In this document: piece by piece, positions 23,391 through 61,090 of the stretch
Position numbering within the stretch: the stretch's first letter is position 1
Layout: every line of letters begins with the position of its first letter
Origin: Tubiluchus corallicola
Taxonomy: Eukaryota; Animalia; Priapulida
Length of the DNA: 64,000 bases
Direction: 5' to 3'
Assembly (NCBI GenBank): GCA_030141605.1
Contig: JAQGDQ010000713.1
Coordinates: forward strand, 40,486-104,485
Program-made: the position numbers and the translations under genes
The notes under the pieces: model-generated
The model's input: only the letters and a program-made list of their open reading frames with translations
Told to the model about the DNA's origin: nothing
Databases searched by the model: none

Positions 23391-24633
23391 CAAAATGGCT
23401 TCTCAACGCCTAGAGATGCCTTGTTTTCTATGTAACTCTACGGAACACCGTTCACTCAAGCTATGCAATAAATTTAAGTCAATGAATGATACTGATAGAT
23501 TGAAAACCGCCAGAAGAGAAGGTCTTTGCTTCAATTGTTTGATTAAAGGAAAGCACAGGGCTTCTCGATGCTTCAAAGCAGGATGCGACGTAGAAGGATG
23601 CAGACGTAAGCATTCAAATTTACTGCATGCTGCCTTGGAGAAAATGTCACCTTCTAAAAACAATGATGAAAGCAAGGAGAAAAAAGCGCCAACACATTGC
23701 AAACCAGAGGCTTCTAGCAGTTGTGCTAGTATTAAGGAAGGCGGCAAAGCGGCTCTCCCTGTTGTCTCAGTTTTGGTTGAAGTTGATGGGAAGATGCCCG
23801 TGCGTACTTTAGCCCTACTTGACCCTGGCTCGACTAACACCTTTTGTACAAAGGCATTGTTCGACAAACTTGGGGCTACTAGACAAAAACGAACGCTCTC
23901 TTTAACCACTATAGAAGAGAAATATTCCAAGATAAACACTTTAATCACGAAGATGTCTGTTACTGGGGTAAACACTGGCAATAAAATAGCTTTGCCTTAT
24001 GTCTTCGTTAGGCCTGCATTGTTGCTGGAAAAGGACTGCTTGGCCTTTAGCAAGGATGTAGAACAATGGCCGCATTTGCAAGGAATCCCCCTATCGTTCA
24101 CAGATACAGAAGACCTAACTGAGCTGGGCCTTTTGATCGGCCAGGATGTTCCTGATGCGCTGATTCCTCTTGAGCTACGAACAGGTCCTAGACTAACGCC
24201 ATATGCTGTAAAGACAAAGCTAGGCTGGACCCTTAATGGACCCATAGGAGGCGGCGTTCCTAATTTAGGGCGCATTTGTAGTAATTTGACCCAAGCCAAT
24301 GCATTGTCATATGGAGAAACCAATTCCTTGCAGCAGCAAATAGAACAATTCTGGAAAATTGAAACTAGCGAGTTTGACAGACAATTCTTTTTAGACGATA
24401 TGCGTGCTCTCGATATATGGGAGGCTTCAATTACAAAAACACATGGGCATTACCAGTTGGACATCCCATTTAAATCTGAGAATGATGTTTTACCAGATAC
24501 GCTACAAATGGCTTCATCTAGATTGGAAAGTCTACGTAAACGGCTGCAGAGGAACCCAGAATTGCACAACCGATACACTATAGCTATAAATGACCTACCT
24601 ATTCAAGAAAGGATATGCAGAAGAGATCGATGA
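23239..24633 (+). CDS. BEL/Pao polyprotein segment: zinc knuckles and aspartic protease
   Basis: CFLCNSTEH..C, LCFNCLIKGKHRASRC, CDVEGCRRKHSNLLH; protease ALLDPGS and LLIGQD; PYAVKTKLGWTLNG. Confidence 0.92.
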   Translation: MATLTLACLPGAQEVNATLKPGISPTQRRKLRQLRNATVNDNPEIQQGSGSKMASQRLEMPCFLCNSTEHRSLKLCNKFKSMNDTDRLKTARREGLCFNCLIKGKHRASRCFKAGCDVEGCRRKHSNLLHAALEKMSPSKNNDESKEKKAPTHCKPEASSSCASIKEGGKAALPVVSVLVEVDGKMPVRTLALLDPGSTNTFCTKALFDKLGATRQKRTLSLTTIEEKYSKINTLITKMSVTGVNTGNKIALPYVFVRPALLLEKDCLAFSKDVEQWPHLQGIPLSFTDTEDLTELGLLIGQDVPDALIPLELRTGPRLTPYAVKTKLGWTLNGPIGGGVPNLGRICSNLTQANALSYGETNSLQQQIEQFWKIETSEFDRQFFLDDMRALDIWEASITKTHGHYQLDIPFKSENDVLPDTLQMASSRLESLRKRLQRNPELHNRYTIAINDLPIQERICRRDR

Positions 24634-27403
24634 AGATGATGACCCTACTTCCAGGAAATGGTTTTTTCCCCATTTTCCGGTGTTTAATGCCAATAAACCA
24701 GAGAAAACTCGCATCGTCTTTGATGCAGCAGCGGAAACAAATGAAGTATCTCTAAATAAATTAGCATTGCAAGGGCCAGATCTCACAAACACGTGCATTG
24801 GAGTTTTGCTTCGGTTTAGAGAGAATCCTATTGCAGTAATGGCGGATATCCGGGAGATGTTCCACCAGGTGATCGTGTCTCCAAAACACAGAAATATGAT
24901 GCGTTTCCTTTGGTGGAAAGATAGAAATCTTAACAGTCAACCATGTACTTTTAGAATGTGTGTACACTTGTTCGGCGGGGTGTGGTCCCCGAGCGTTGCA
25001 TCATTTGCTTTGCAAAGGACTGCAAAAGACAATGCAGATCTGTTTCCCGCAAATGTTGTCGCTACCATTTTGAGAAACTTCTATGTGGACGACCTTTTAA
25101 AATCGCTAAACACCGTGAATGAAGCCATACAGTTAGTTTCTCAACTGACTGCCTTATTGTCTCTTGGTGGATTCCACATAACTAAGTGGATGAGCAACAG
25201 ACGTGAGGTCTTGGCATCTGTGCCTGCTGAAGAACTTGGAAGCGAAGTCAAGAATCTTGACTTAACTCAGAGCCCTCTGCCAACTGATCGCGTACTGGGA
25301 GTTAAATGGCTAGTTGAGGAAGATTGCCTTGGAATCTTGGTTTCACTCAAAGACAAGCCCAGTACAAAACGAGGAATGTTAAGCTGCATTTCGTCAGTCT
25401 ATGACCCATTAGGAATGATCTGTCCATTCGTTTTGCAGGCCAAAAAACTCTTCCAAGATGAATGTAGAATTCAGAAAAAGGATTGGGATGACGCTCTAGA
25501 ACGAGATACAGAAGCCAAGTGGGCAAAGTGGAAAGGAGATTGTATCGCACTAGAAAACTTCAAGTTGGAGAGATGCATGAAGGCTCGTGATTTTGGCCTG
25601 ATTTTCCATTTGCAGTTGCATCATTTCTGCGATGCTTCGAGCTATGCTTATGGTACTGTCAGTTATGTACGTATGAAGAGTGCTCAAGGTGAAATTCACA
25701 CAGCATTCCTCATGGCTAAATCAAGACTTGCCCCACTTAAAGGTCTTACAATACCGCGTCTTGAACTCTGCGCTGCAGTTTTAGCCTCTAAAGTTGATCA
25801 AATGCTTAGGGAAGAGCTATCCTTTTGTGCTGGTACAGATCAGTCGGTCTTCTGGACTGATAGTCAGATAGTTATTCATTACATTCGGAACACAGCAAAG
25901 CGGTTTCATACATTCGTCCAAAACCGTGTCAACTCAATCTTGCAAGTCTCTTCACCAACTCAATGGCGGTTTGTTAGCTCAACAGACAACTGCGCTGATG
26001 ATGCGTCCCGAGGCATGAGCGCTGAAGAATTGCTACTTTCCAATAGATGGAAGTTTGTTCCATCTTTCTTAAGAAAAGATGAAGCTTCGTGGCCGCAGAC
26101 TAATTTAGATTCGGATGATATACTAGCTAATGACAAAGAAGTAAAGCGGTCAGCCACTGTGAACGTCGTAGAATGCAAAGGAACTTCAAATAATGTCATA
26201 GATCAATTGTTGCAGCATTACTCATCCTTTTACAGGCTAAAAAGAGGTTTAGCCTGGTTATTACGAGCCAAAACAATATTGCACAGGAAAGCTTCTGGCG
26301 GAAGTGATATGGATTGTTCCACAAATCTAACTCTGACTGAATTAAATGAGGCCCAGAATGAGCTGATCAGACACACACAGAAGCAAAGTTTCAACAAAGA
26401 ATATAAGACGATGTGTTCCCGTACCAAATCTACATGCCCAGAACGCTCTGTAACCAAATCATCCTGCCTGTATAAGCTGGATCCCTTTATTGATAAAGAG
26501 GGAATTTTGCGTGTCGGCGGTCGCCTGCAAGATGCTCTAGTAGATCATGAAGCTCGTCATCCTGTTATTCTTCCCAAAAATCATAGACTCTCTTGGCTTG
26601 TCATACAGCACTTCCACGAGACAAATGGACATACAGGTAGAGAACATGTCATGGCTTCAGTCCGTAGAGCGTTCTGGATAATTGGGATGCGAGTCATGGT
26701 GCGGAAAGTAATCCATGAATGCAGACAATGTAGGCTGCGTTACTCTCAACCATTGCAACAAAAGATGGCCAACTTGCCTCCTGAGAGAGTTCAACAAGGC
26801 TCCTTCTCTGCGGTTGGCGTGGACTGCTTTGGACCAATTTTGGTCAAACGTGGTAGAATCGAGGTGAAGCGTTATGGGGCACTCTTTACTTGTCTAGCCA
26901 CACGAAGCATCCACTTGGAGGTACTCTTCTCGATGTCTACAGATTCCTTCATTAAAGCACTCCATAGATTTTGTAGCAGAAGAGGCAAACCTAACAGAAT
27001 TAGGTCCGACTGTGGCACTAATTTTATAGGTGCCAACAAGCAACTTTCCAAGGCTATGAAAGAGTGGAATCACAACACTATTCAGAAAGACTTGCTCCAG
27101 GAGAACATCGAGTGGGAGAATAATCCGCCACGGGCTCCCCACATGGGAGGAGTATGGGAAGCAATGGTCAAGATTGTCAAGAAGCATTTGCTTTCTGTGA
27201 CAAATGAACAAGCTCTTGATGATGAAGCTCTCAACACTCTATTCTGCATTGTTGAAAACGTTGTCAATAGTAGGCCTTTAACGGCAACCTCGGACGACCC
27301 AAAAGATTGTAGTCCTCTGACGCCCAATCACCTGCTGTTGGCGAAGTGTTGGCGAAATTTATTACATATTTCTTTTCTCTCTAGTACAAACTACACACAC
27401 TAA
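24590..27403 (+). CDS. pol: BEL/Pao Pol segment: RT, RNase H, integrase (C-terminus truncated)
   Basis: KTRIVFDAA, LQGPDL, ADIREMFHQV, NFYVDDLL; HHFCDAS, TIPRLELCAA, FWTDS; integrase H..H..C..C zinc finger and DDE (VGVDCFG, RSDCG, VWEAM); recognisable homology ends at PLTPNHLLL. Confidence 0.95.
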   Translation: MTYLFKKGYAEEIDEDDDPTSRKWFFPHFPVFNANKPEKTRIVFDAAAETNEVSLNKLALQGPDLTNTCIGVLLRFRENPIAVMADIREMFHQVIVSPKHRNMMRFLWWKDRNLNSQPCTFRMCVHLFGGVWSPSVASFALQRTAKDNADLFPANVVATILRNFYVDDLLKSLNTVNEAIQLVSQLTALLSLGGFHITKWMSNRREVLASVPAEELGSEVKNLDLTQSPLPTDRVLGVKWLVEEDCLGILVSLKDKPSTKRGMLSCISSVYDPLGMICPFVLQAKKLFQDECRIQKKDWDDALERDTEAKWAKWKGDCIALENFKLERCMKARDFGLIFHLQLHHFCDASSYAYGTVSYVRMKSAQGEIHTAFLMAKSRLAPLKGLTIPRLELCAAVLASKVDQMLREELSFCAGTDQSVFWTDSQIVIHYIRNTAKRFHTFVQNRVNSILQVSSPTQWRFVSSTDNCADDASRGMSAEELLLSNRWKFVPSFLRKDEASWPQTNLDSDDILANDKEVKRSATVNVVECKGTSNNVIDQLLQHYSSFYRLKRGLAWLLRAKTILHRKASGGSDMDCSTNLTLTELNEAQNELIRHTQKQSFNKEYKTMCSRTKSTCPERSVTKSSCLYKLDPFIDKEGILRVGGRLQDALVDHEARHPVILPKNHRLSWLVIQHFHETNGHTGREHVMASVRRAFWIIGMRVMVRKVIHECRQCRLRYSQPLQQKMANLPPERVQQGSFSAVGVDCFGPILVKRGRIEVKRYGALFTCLATRSIHLEVLFSMSTDSFIKALHRFCSRRGKPNRIRSDCGTNFIGANKQLSKAMKEWNHNTIQKDLLQENIEWENNPPRAPHMGGVWEAMVKIVKKHLLSVTNEQALDDEALNTLFCIVENVVNSRPLTATSDDPKDCSPLTPNHLLLAKCWRNLLHISFLSSTNYTH

Positions 27404-28344
27404 CAAAGGTGCCACTTGCTGGTCGGCCACTGCTTTGCGATATGCTTCAGTACAACCTAAAGACATGTGCTCACACCTAGCATAACCTCTTTGGTTATCG
27501 CATTTCTTGGACCAATTTTTACATTGGTTTTCATAAGCATAATTTGGAAGTTGACAGCTATTATAGTGATATTCTTTTAATTTCTGTTTGAAGTCGGGGA
27601 GATGTTATATTTGTTTTATTTCACTGAATAGTGATTTCCATAAATTTATGGAATGATTTCATATGGAATGATTTCCAAATTTATTGTTTACTGTAATTTA
27701 ATTTAAACTGTGCATTGTATTGTTTCAAGAGATATCAGGAGTGGATGATAAAGTATTATTTAGAAATTGAATGCTCAGTTTACTCATAAAGAAATATTAA
27801 TGTTTTATTTGAGTTTTTTGTGGAAGGTTCTTAAATTTGTTGTAGAAGTGGCATGTTGTTTAGCAGACGGGGGGATATTAGCCATGTATTAGTCTAAATG
27901 CAGAATTTTGCATTGTATTTAGTTTTATATTTTATAAAGTTTTCTTTTTTTAACGTTTTGTAATAAAGTGCATCAGAAGTAACTAAAGTCTCTGAGACGT
28001 TACTTGGAAATGCAAAAAAAAAACTAAAAGTTTCATTGTTAAGAGTATTGTGGCGCGCCATCTGATGCAGCATAACTTGTTAAGTATTAATATTACAATT
28101 AAACAGAAGCGTGTTCAAAATTGTGCATTTGTGCATGTACTTTCTAGTTGTGAACAACACGAATTGGTGGCAGACAGGACAAGTCAATTAGAGCAAAACT
28201 TACAAGTCAAACTGAACTGCGGAGTTGCTAAGAATGTCATATTTTTGCATGGGACCAACGTCGCTTTTACTCGGAAGGTAAATTAATGTCGAGGTTTATA
28301 TAAAAGTGTTAAATAACTTAACGCTAAGTATTATTGTTAGGACA

Positions 28345-29123
28345 TTGGCATCAAACATAGTATAATGTACTTATACAAAAACGTTAATTTTACTACCAGT
28401 CACTATTACTAGTTTTGCAAGCGTCTGGGTTTGCAACGATTATAAAATGCGTGATGATTTGGCAATTACTTACCTAAAGCTGATCATTCTTTGCCAACAG
28501 AAATTACGTTATTTATGTTTGGCAGGCAACATATTTAAACGTTTTACCTTCTTCATGCATGTTGAAATGGTTTTTGATGGACTCTGTCAGCCTGTGCAAA
28601 GGTTATGTTGAGTTAATCTAAAGCTAGAAGAGCATATTAATAAAGCAAGCAAAATCGGGACGGATGTATAATGTGTTAACAGGGGCACATCTACCAACAG
28701 ACTAATAATAATAATAATAATGTTGCATATACCACATGAGCACACAAATAATTATAGTAAGTACAGGCAACTAGAAATTGGCATCAAATATAGTATAATG
28801 TATGTGCGCAAAAAATTAACTTTACTACAAGTCACTATTAGTAGTTGTGCAAGTCTGTGTTTGCAACGATTATAAAATGCGTAGTGATTTGGCAATAACT
28901 TACCAAAAGCTGATCATTCTTTGCCAACAGAAATTACGCTATTTATCTTTGGCAGGCAACATATTCAAACGTTCTACCTTCTTTGTGCATGTTGATGGCT
29001 CCGCCTCCTTTGCAAAGGTTATGTTGAATCAATCTGAAACTAGGATCATAAAATAATAAAATAAGCATAAACATGGCTGATATATAAAAGTGTTAACAGA
29101 GGCGTATCTACCAATAGACTAAC
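28345..29123. repeat. Diverged direct duplication (~430-bp period, x2)
   Basis: attggcatcaaa..tttgcaacgattataaaatgcgt..ttgccaacagaaattacg..catctaccaa occurs at ~28345 and ~28777. Confidence 0.8.
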
Positions 29124-29349
29124 AAATTTTGATGGGCATTTTACGGATCCAGTGTTAAAAAATTTTCCTCCAAAATGCTTATTACCATTATTGTAATATA
29201 ATACAGCTACAGAACGTATTATTTTCTAACACGCCACTAGCAGTTATACTGTCCGCTTTTATGTAAACTGCAAACAAGTACAAATGATTATTGCATACAT
29301 ATATATATATACAGTGACAACACTCGTGTGTAATTCTGGGCGGTGTCGT

Positions 29350-29710
29350 GTAGGGCGTTGTACCGACACTTAGTCGATAGTTATACACTAGTGGCCTATT
29401 TGACCACAGTTTGAATGTAAACTAAAGATCTTTATCTACTCAAAGACGTTAACTTGTTTTGTTATGCGTCTATATATATGGATTTGACTTCTCATATTAT
29501 ATGGATATAAGTTTGGAAGTGACATAATAATGCTTGTAATTATTTCATTTTATTTTTTCAGGAACAATGCAAATTTTGCTATGAAGTTGTGTCCACATAT
29601 TTTAAAGTAAATTTAGGAAAGTTTGGCATTCGGCTGGTTTTGCAGGCCAAGAACTACATTATTAATACTCAATTAATAACTCAGTTATTTTTCATAACTC
29701 AATAATTTAA
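29350..29710 (+). pseudogene. 3' relic (last two exons) of a paralogous receptor-PTP gene
   Basis: 29562 EQCKFCYEVVSTYF corresponds to 60971 EQYKFCFEAVSAYF. 29362-29423 matches the end of exon 60667-60802 but has three in-frame stops (TAG, TAG, TGA). Downstream sequence is similar to 61100-61455. Confidence 0.82.
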
Positions 29711-32700
29711 TGTTCAGTTTGGTGACCGACTCGAGAACTCATGTTTTTCGCATTTCCCATTTGTTTTGGTTATTTAATTTATACTTATTTTCAATGTATT
29801 TTAATGGGACAAAATTATTGATTTGATTTGATTAATCAGCAAACAAGTTGACTAAGTAACCGCACAAATTAAAAACTGCCAGTAACTGTGAATTTACTAT
29901 TACTGCATTTTATACTCAGACATAGATAAAAAATAAATGCTGGTATCATGCTGATGTACGTTATAATTGAAATTGTAAGATACACAATGATTGTGATTTT
30001 AAAACATAATTAACAGTTGGTTTTACAAACGCGGATTCAATTTTTGTGCCAGAGCACAGATTTCGCGAACCATGTAGCGACGCCCATTAAGTTTTTGTTT
30101 TGTATTTTTAATCTTTTTGGTTCTTTACAAAAAGGGGGAAAGCAATTATTGGGCGACTTAAACCATGGTGATTTAAAAAAACGGACAATTGTGTAAACAT
30201 TAGTTTAGAATAAAGAATGCTCTAAAACATTGAAAAATACAATACTTTTTTTAATCAAAGCTTAGATTAAATTGTAATTACCTCGGATACTCAAATTTTG
30301 TTAAACTTTCAGAACTATGCACAGCTCAGTGAATCTACAAAGACTGGCAAACGGCGCCTTTTTGTCACATTCGCGTGGCCGACAAATGGAAGGCTGTACC
30401 GTGATAACCATGATCATGAACTGCTGTGCTAGTTTCATGGCGTCATACGATGTAAAGCCCATTTTCGTGACATCACGCGTTTCAACAGTACTGTAACACC
30501 TACGCAAATGTGCTTGACGTGCAAGGGAAGACGCCTGCCATTGCACAAACTGTGGTTAGTTTCTGGCGTAAGTAATAGCTGTGCTCGGTTGTCATTAATT
30601 AACTTTCTAAGCTAATTACTGAAATATAAGAAACAATTGCTAACTTTTATATATAAGAAAATGTATATGTTGGACAATAAATAAAAATGAGATTAAGTCT
30701 ACATAATCGTCCGGTTTTCCTTTAAAGTTCAAGCCCGCATTTTACGAGATGCTAAGATATGATTAGAATAAAGTTGGCTAATATCCAAATTCGGAGTAAT
30801 AATGTCGGTTACAGAAAACAAGAACGATGAAAATATGCGCATAGTTATTTTTACATTACACAAACATTTCACAAGTGATATTTACAAGTATTATATGAAA
30901 AGGAATTATTACATTATAACGGCAATGCGAATAAATACAGCTAAATGTTATATTTTCAACAGAGAGAAAAATACAGCAAAAATATTACGTAAAAGTCATT
31001 GGCTACATAAGCAGGAAGTGGAGTTCCGCAATGTTATGTCACTCTAAGCTAGCTAGAAAATTTTTTGCAAGATTACAACTATATATACCTTCTGAAAAGG
31101 AAACCTATGTGCATGTATTTACATGGTTAATTGAGAATGAATTCAAAACTAGTTTACTCATACTTAAATGTATACTATGAAAACAAATTTGTTAGGACAG
31201 ATACTAGTAACCATAAACGAGCATTTTCACTCGAAAAGCGTAGTTCTCGCCAGTTGGCCTCAACAACTGTATTAAAATTTACCAGTAAAAGGTGGCATTG
31301 TATGAACATTTCTATTATGCCAAGTAAAGAATCAATATTATCATCGTGATAGGTCAGGAAAGTTAAGTTTAAAGACTAAAGATAATGATGAATAGCTTAT
31401 CAACGAGAACGACAATGGCGGATTCATAGTTACACAGAAAAAAAATCCCATTGAATATAATACAATGGGTGTTTAACAGTCAGAGACAAACTCAAGAGAC
31501 TGTTGCTCTATGGCAATGAATGACAACAGCCTTTGCCACAGAGAAAAAGTCAAAAAACAATATCTTTATTGGTTAAAATAAGATTATAGTCCACGCACAA
31601 TATTCGATACATATTACTGTACATTTTACACTGATCTCTACAGAATGTTTGAAAACATAAATAATAAACTGTACAATTATCTGACAATATTATTACAATG
31701 TAAAAACAGAGGTTTTTTAAATGTAGCAAATAGACACGTTATTAGTGCTTTATCGTGAAGTGGTTTCCAAAAAATTCAGATTTTTGCTACAATCAAGGAT
31801 AAGCGGTCAGTAAAGTGGTATATTAATTATTGAAAGAAGTTCATAATTTCTACAAGCTTTTCAAATGGACGGATTGTTCCCATAACCCTAAACGCTGGAA
31901 TAAAAAGCTTGTAGATCTAGTCTCCCCCGTGGTACATTGAATTCGTTTACCTAAAGTAATAGGAATTTTTTCTCTTCCGTGCGCCCCAAGGCGTGTGGTA
32001 GCTGGAAAATTTTATATAGAAGCCCTGTTCATGTGATTGCAAAATACAATAACCTTTATCACTATGAAGGTGCCTCAGCGACATCAATATTTCACACCTT
32101 TTTCTCACAGCTGCCACCCTGAGAACGTGATACTTAAGTGATTAAATGAAAATATTAACGCAAAAATAATTAAGTTGAAGTTGACACGCCATCTATCGGC
32201 CGTCTTAAGAAAATTGTTGATTTTGATGAAGCTGTCTTCATTTGCAGACATGTACTTAAACGTCTTTAACTAAGAATCTGTTTTCCATGCTTCTTTAACG
32301 GTGTTTCAAATGAAATTCTCATTATTTAGTGTGGCCATTGTTGAGCTAACTGCACAGCTAAAGATTACGTTCGCTCCTCTCAGCAGAACAATCAAAATCA
32401 AACAGGGAAAATCAAAAATATGTAGCAGCAAAAGGATACAAAATACTTGCAGAAAATGCACAGCAAAGAATTAAGCATGCAGAAATGCGATTATGATTTA
32501 ATTTAAGACTTTGCAAAACTATGACGTGCAACAACGAATTATAATGTTTTATTTAGGACTTCTTACGTAGAATGGATATGTTGTACCGCATTGAAAAACC
32601 ATGAAATACGACTATGAAGTAGGTCTATTTTTTCAATCCGTAGAGCTGACAGGGTCCAAGGTACTTTGCGGCAATTCGTGGTAGGAGTTTGGTCGAATTT

Positions 32701-33712
32701 AATGTGACTGAAATTAATCATTAAAATTAAAATTCGAAATTTCAGGTTTACATATTTAGTAAGATGGAAATTGTAAACTCTGGAATTGTACCACTGCATT
32801 GCAATTGTACCCCTGTCATTACAGGATTTCGCAATATTTACCAAACGTTTTTTTTTAATTTTTTGCTTGAGTACAGCATAAGTACGGCTTGAGTACAGTC
32901 AATATGGCCAATGTGGCATTTTAATGCTCCTTTTAGCAAAGCCCCTGTCCACTCGACGAGTACGAACGCCATGAGAAGTTTTCTTTTTCGGGAAAAAATT
33001 ACTGTAAATTAAATCAGTCACCCATCCTATTAATACTCATGCTTTATTTTCTTGAACTTCACTCGCTAAGGACTAATGCTACATTATGCTTCCAATACTG
33101 AGGCAAGCATACTGGCACTTTCTCTGTACTTTACATTGTTTATTTTAAGGGCAGCAATATTTTATAATATATGTTGTGGCATTTTAATTTTACATCGTTT
33201 TTAAATCCGAATAAACTCCTACCGCTTGGCCTAGTGATCCCTGGAAACTTTTAACCCCATGAAATATATAGTACAGTTTCTAGTTGTTTGTTTTAGTCTT
33301 CCAAAGTGGTATCATAAATGTTGCCTAGTAAAATCAGACACTAATAAAGTGTAGACTGTCAGAGGAAAAACTGGCTATAGAAAATTCGCTAATCTGAATG
33401 CGCCGTTAGAACAGATCAGTTTGCTGTGTTGTCCTTGTTGTTCAAATAATACAAACATTACTGTTTTCTCACTGCGAGGTAAACAATATTGCATTCTAAA
33501 TACACGCATGTGCTTTTAAGAGTTTAATATTGAATTCCCCCGGGGCAAGGTTTCGCAGAACTAGAGCAAATGTAATGGAGCAAAGAGATGAGAAAAAAGG
33601 GAGAGAAAAGAATGAGCAAAAGAGATTAGAGGGGAGTGATAAAAGGGAGGAGAGAGAGAAAGAGCCAGCTAGAGAAAAGAGAAAAAGAGAGCGAGAGAGG
33701 CACAGACAAAAA

Positions 33713-33717
<5 letters not shown>

Positions 33718-33786
<69 letters not shown>

Positions 33787-33825
33787 GCACAGACAAAAAA
33801 GACAGAGAGAGAGAGAGAGAGAAAA
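33718..33825. repeat. (GA)n microsatellite in a purine-rich tract
   Basis: Directly visible. Confidence 0.95.
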
Positions 33826-33914
33826 AGAGAGAAACGTGAGAGATGAGAAAGAGTGTGAAAAAAAAGGAGGAAGAGATGTAGAGAGCGATGGAGGAAATGA
33901 GTCTATATTTTCGG

Positions 33915-35110
33915 CACACGAAGAAAATGCGTGGTTAATCCATCACCCGGCCACCTTTCTTCCTCTAGTACATGACTATGTACTCTAAAATGTCCCATTC
34001 GAGTTGAAATGGCTCGAAAATTTCCCACATGAGTGGGATTTAAATCAAGAAGACCTAGATTGGCAGACAAGAGACGTACCAATTGGCCACCGAGCCCTGA
34101 TGTGTGTCAAACAAAACAAAATCCTTTTAAATTTGTACTAGAAAACCTAACAGTAAGACCGCATAGTTATCTAGCAAAAAAACAGAAACTTGATTGGTGC
34201 TTTGGTTAACCTAATCATTGATGAATATAGAATATGTTGTATACCCATTAACCACTAACAGACTGACTAATTAATTTCATTGATTAAAATGGAATCAGTG
34301 ACGTCGAATGCTGTAAATTCTCATACCAGCAGGGAAATCCCAATCACTTTATTCACAATTGTGTTGCACTTATGTCAGTGAACCTCTAACCAAAGTTTTC
34401 AAAGTCTTTTCTTTTAACATTTCATTTTATTTAGCATGTTTTACTATGACTGCTCGACTTCAGCAAGAGAGTTGTCATAATTCTTCTGTATCCGTCTATT
34501 ACAGAAAATCAGCCGTAAAGAAAAGTTTATGTAAATATCAAAGTTTATGTTACACCTATCAGCCCTAGAAAGAACTTCCTTGTTCATATCAAAAAACAAA
34601 CAAATTTGTCCAGACTCGTATAAAGTTAGAGATCATTTATGCATTCGGAAGACTTTGGTCAAAAGTACACCACTCCACGTATCATGCAGACCATTAAATT
34701 AGCAAAATGTTGTAAACTTTCCTTTTTTCCTTTTATAAATGCTTCTGGTTTTCTAAGCAAGAAATTCCACAGCAAAATTTTCAGAGTGACAAATGAAAGG
34801 AAAAATAAATTATCATTTTCTTGCAAAAGTTATGTCTAAATACAAGAACCTAACTGCAAATTAACACAGTCAATTAAATACTTATTTGCTGTTAATTCGA
34901 CGGCTTTTTAGCTCACTTCACATATGGTAATTACAATAATTATAATAAAGCATTAAAAGATAAATGCAATGTTCATCATCAAACGCCCCTCACGCCTTGA
35001 CAGACTGGACAGACAAAGTATTAAAATGCAGAGGAAATTTGCCATCAAGGCAAGTAAACACAATCTAGTCACTTTTCATAGTGAATCAGAAGTGGCGATT
35101 ATTTTCTTTT
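33915..35110 (+). repeat. Upstream region of the RPTP gene, duplicated at ~63095-63955
   Basis: Shared blocks cacatgagtgggattt, gaacttccttgttcatatc and catcatcaaacgcccc..gccatcaaggcaagtaaacacaatctagtcacttttcatagtgaatcagaagtgg. Confidence 0.88.
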
Positions 35111-35738
35111 CTGAGCAGTTAAAGGCAAAATTAAGACTTGTTGATGTCACACTCGCTATTAAGCTATTTAGTATAGTACGCTTTAAAAGTGTGTCGTGGC
35201 GTCACCAAACTTAGGAAGTAAATTTGTTCACACTATGAAATAAAGAATATTCAAAACAGAATAAAAAATATAGAATTTGTTTTATCTCAGCAATATGGAG
35301 TACTCTCAGCGGTACGATGTGCCAAAGTGGGACGTTTATAACGGCTGAGTATTATCAAGGAACTTTGAACAAATTACACAAATACTGAATCCATAAATGC
35401 TTCTACGGGTTCATTGGCCACCGTGTTTGCATAGTTAATTGTGTGTGTGTTACATAAGTTAAAATTATACAGTAAAGATAGAGCATTTACCTCAGGATGT
35501 CATTGCCAAGCTATTTATATATGTGTGTGTATGTAAAAAATATATAACATAATTTTTTAACATGATTCGTAAATTTGTGGATCTATACAATTCAGTATAA
35601 CAATGAGAAAACCAATTTAACATGTCAATACTGATTGCCAAGACGTAAACGAACGAACTTTTAAAGTTCAAATACTAAAATAAAAACTTTGAACTGCTTA
35701 TTGGATATAAACAGATAGTGGAAACATAAACGTAGGAA

Positions 35739-61090
<25,352 letters not shown>

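Larger units (their letters stand above)
20474..27345 (+). mobile_element. BEL/Pao LTR retrotransposon, 3'-truncated, carrying a glycogenin domain
   Basis: Domain order is Gag (DUF1759-like), three Cys/His knuckles, protease, RT, RNase H, integrase, with BEL/Pao-type motifs. Candidate 5' LTR is 20474-20923 (TGT..AATAAA..ACA). No 3' LTR was found. Confidence 0.93.

Noticed and set aside
30345-30430. Inverted similarity with ~53880-53960 (also direct similarity of 58150-58270 with 62392-62512)
   Set aside because: Short, diverged dispersed repeats far apart; no evidence that they bound a single element.
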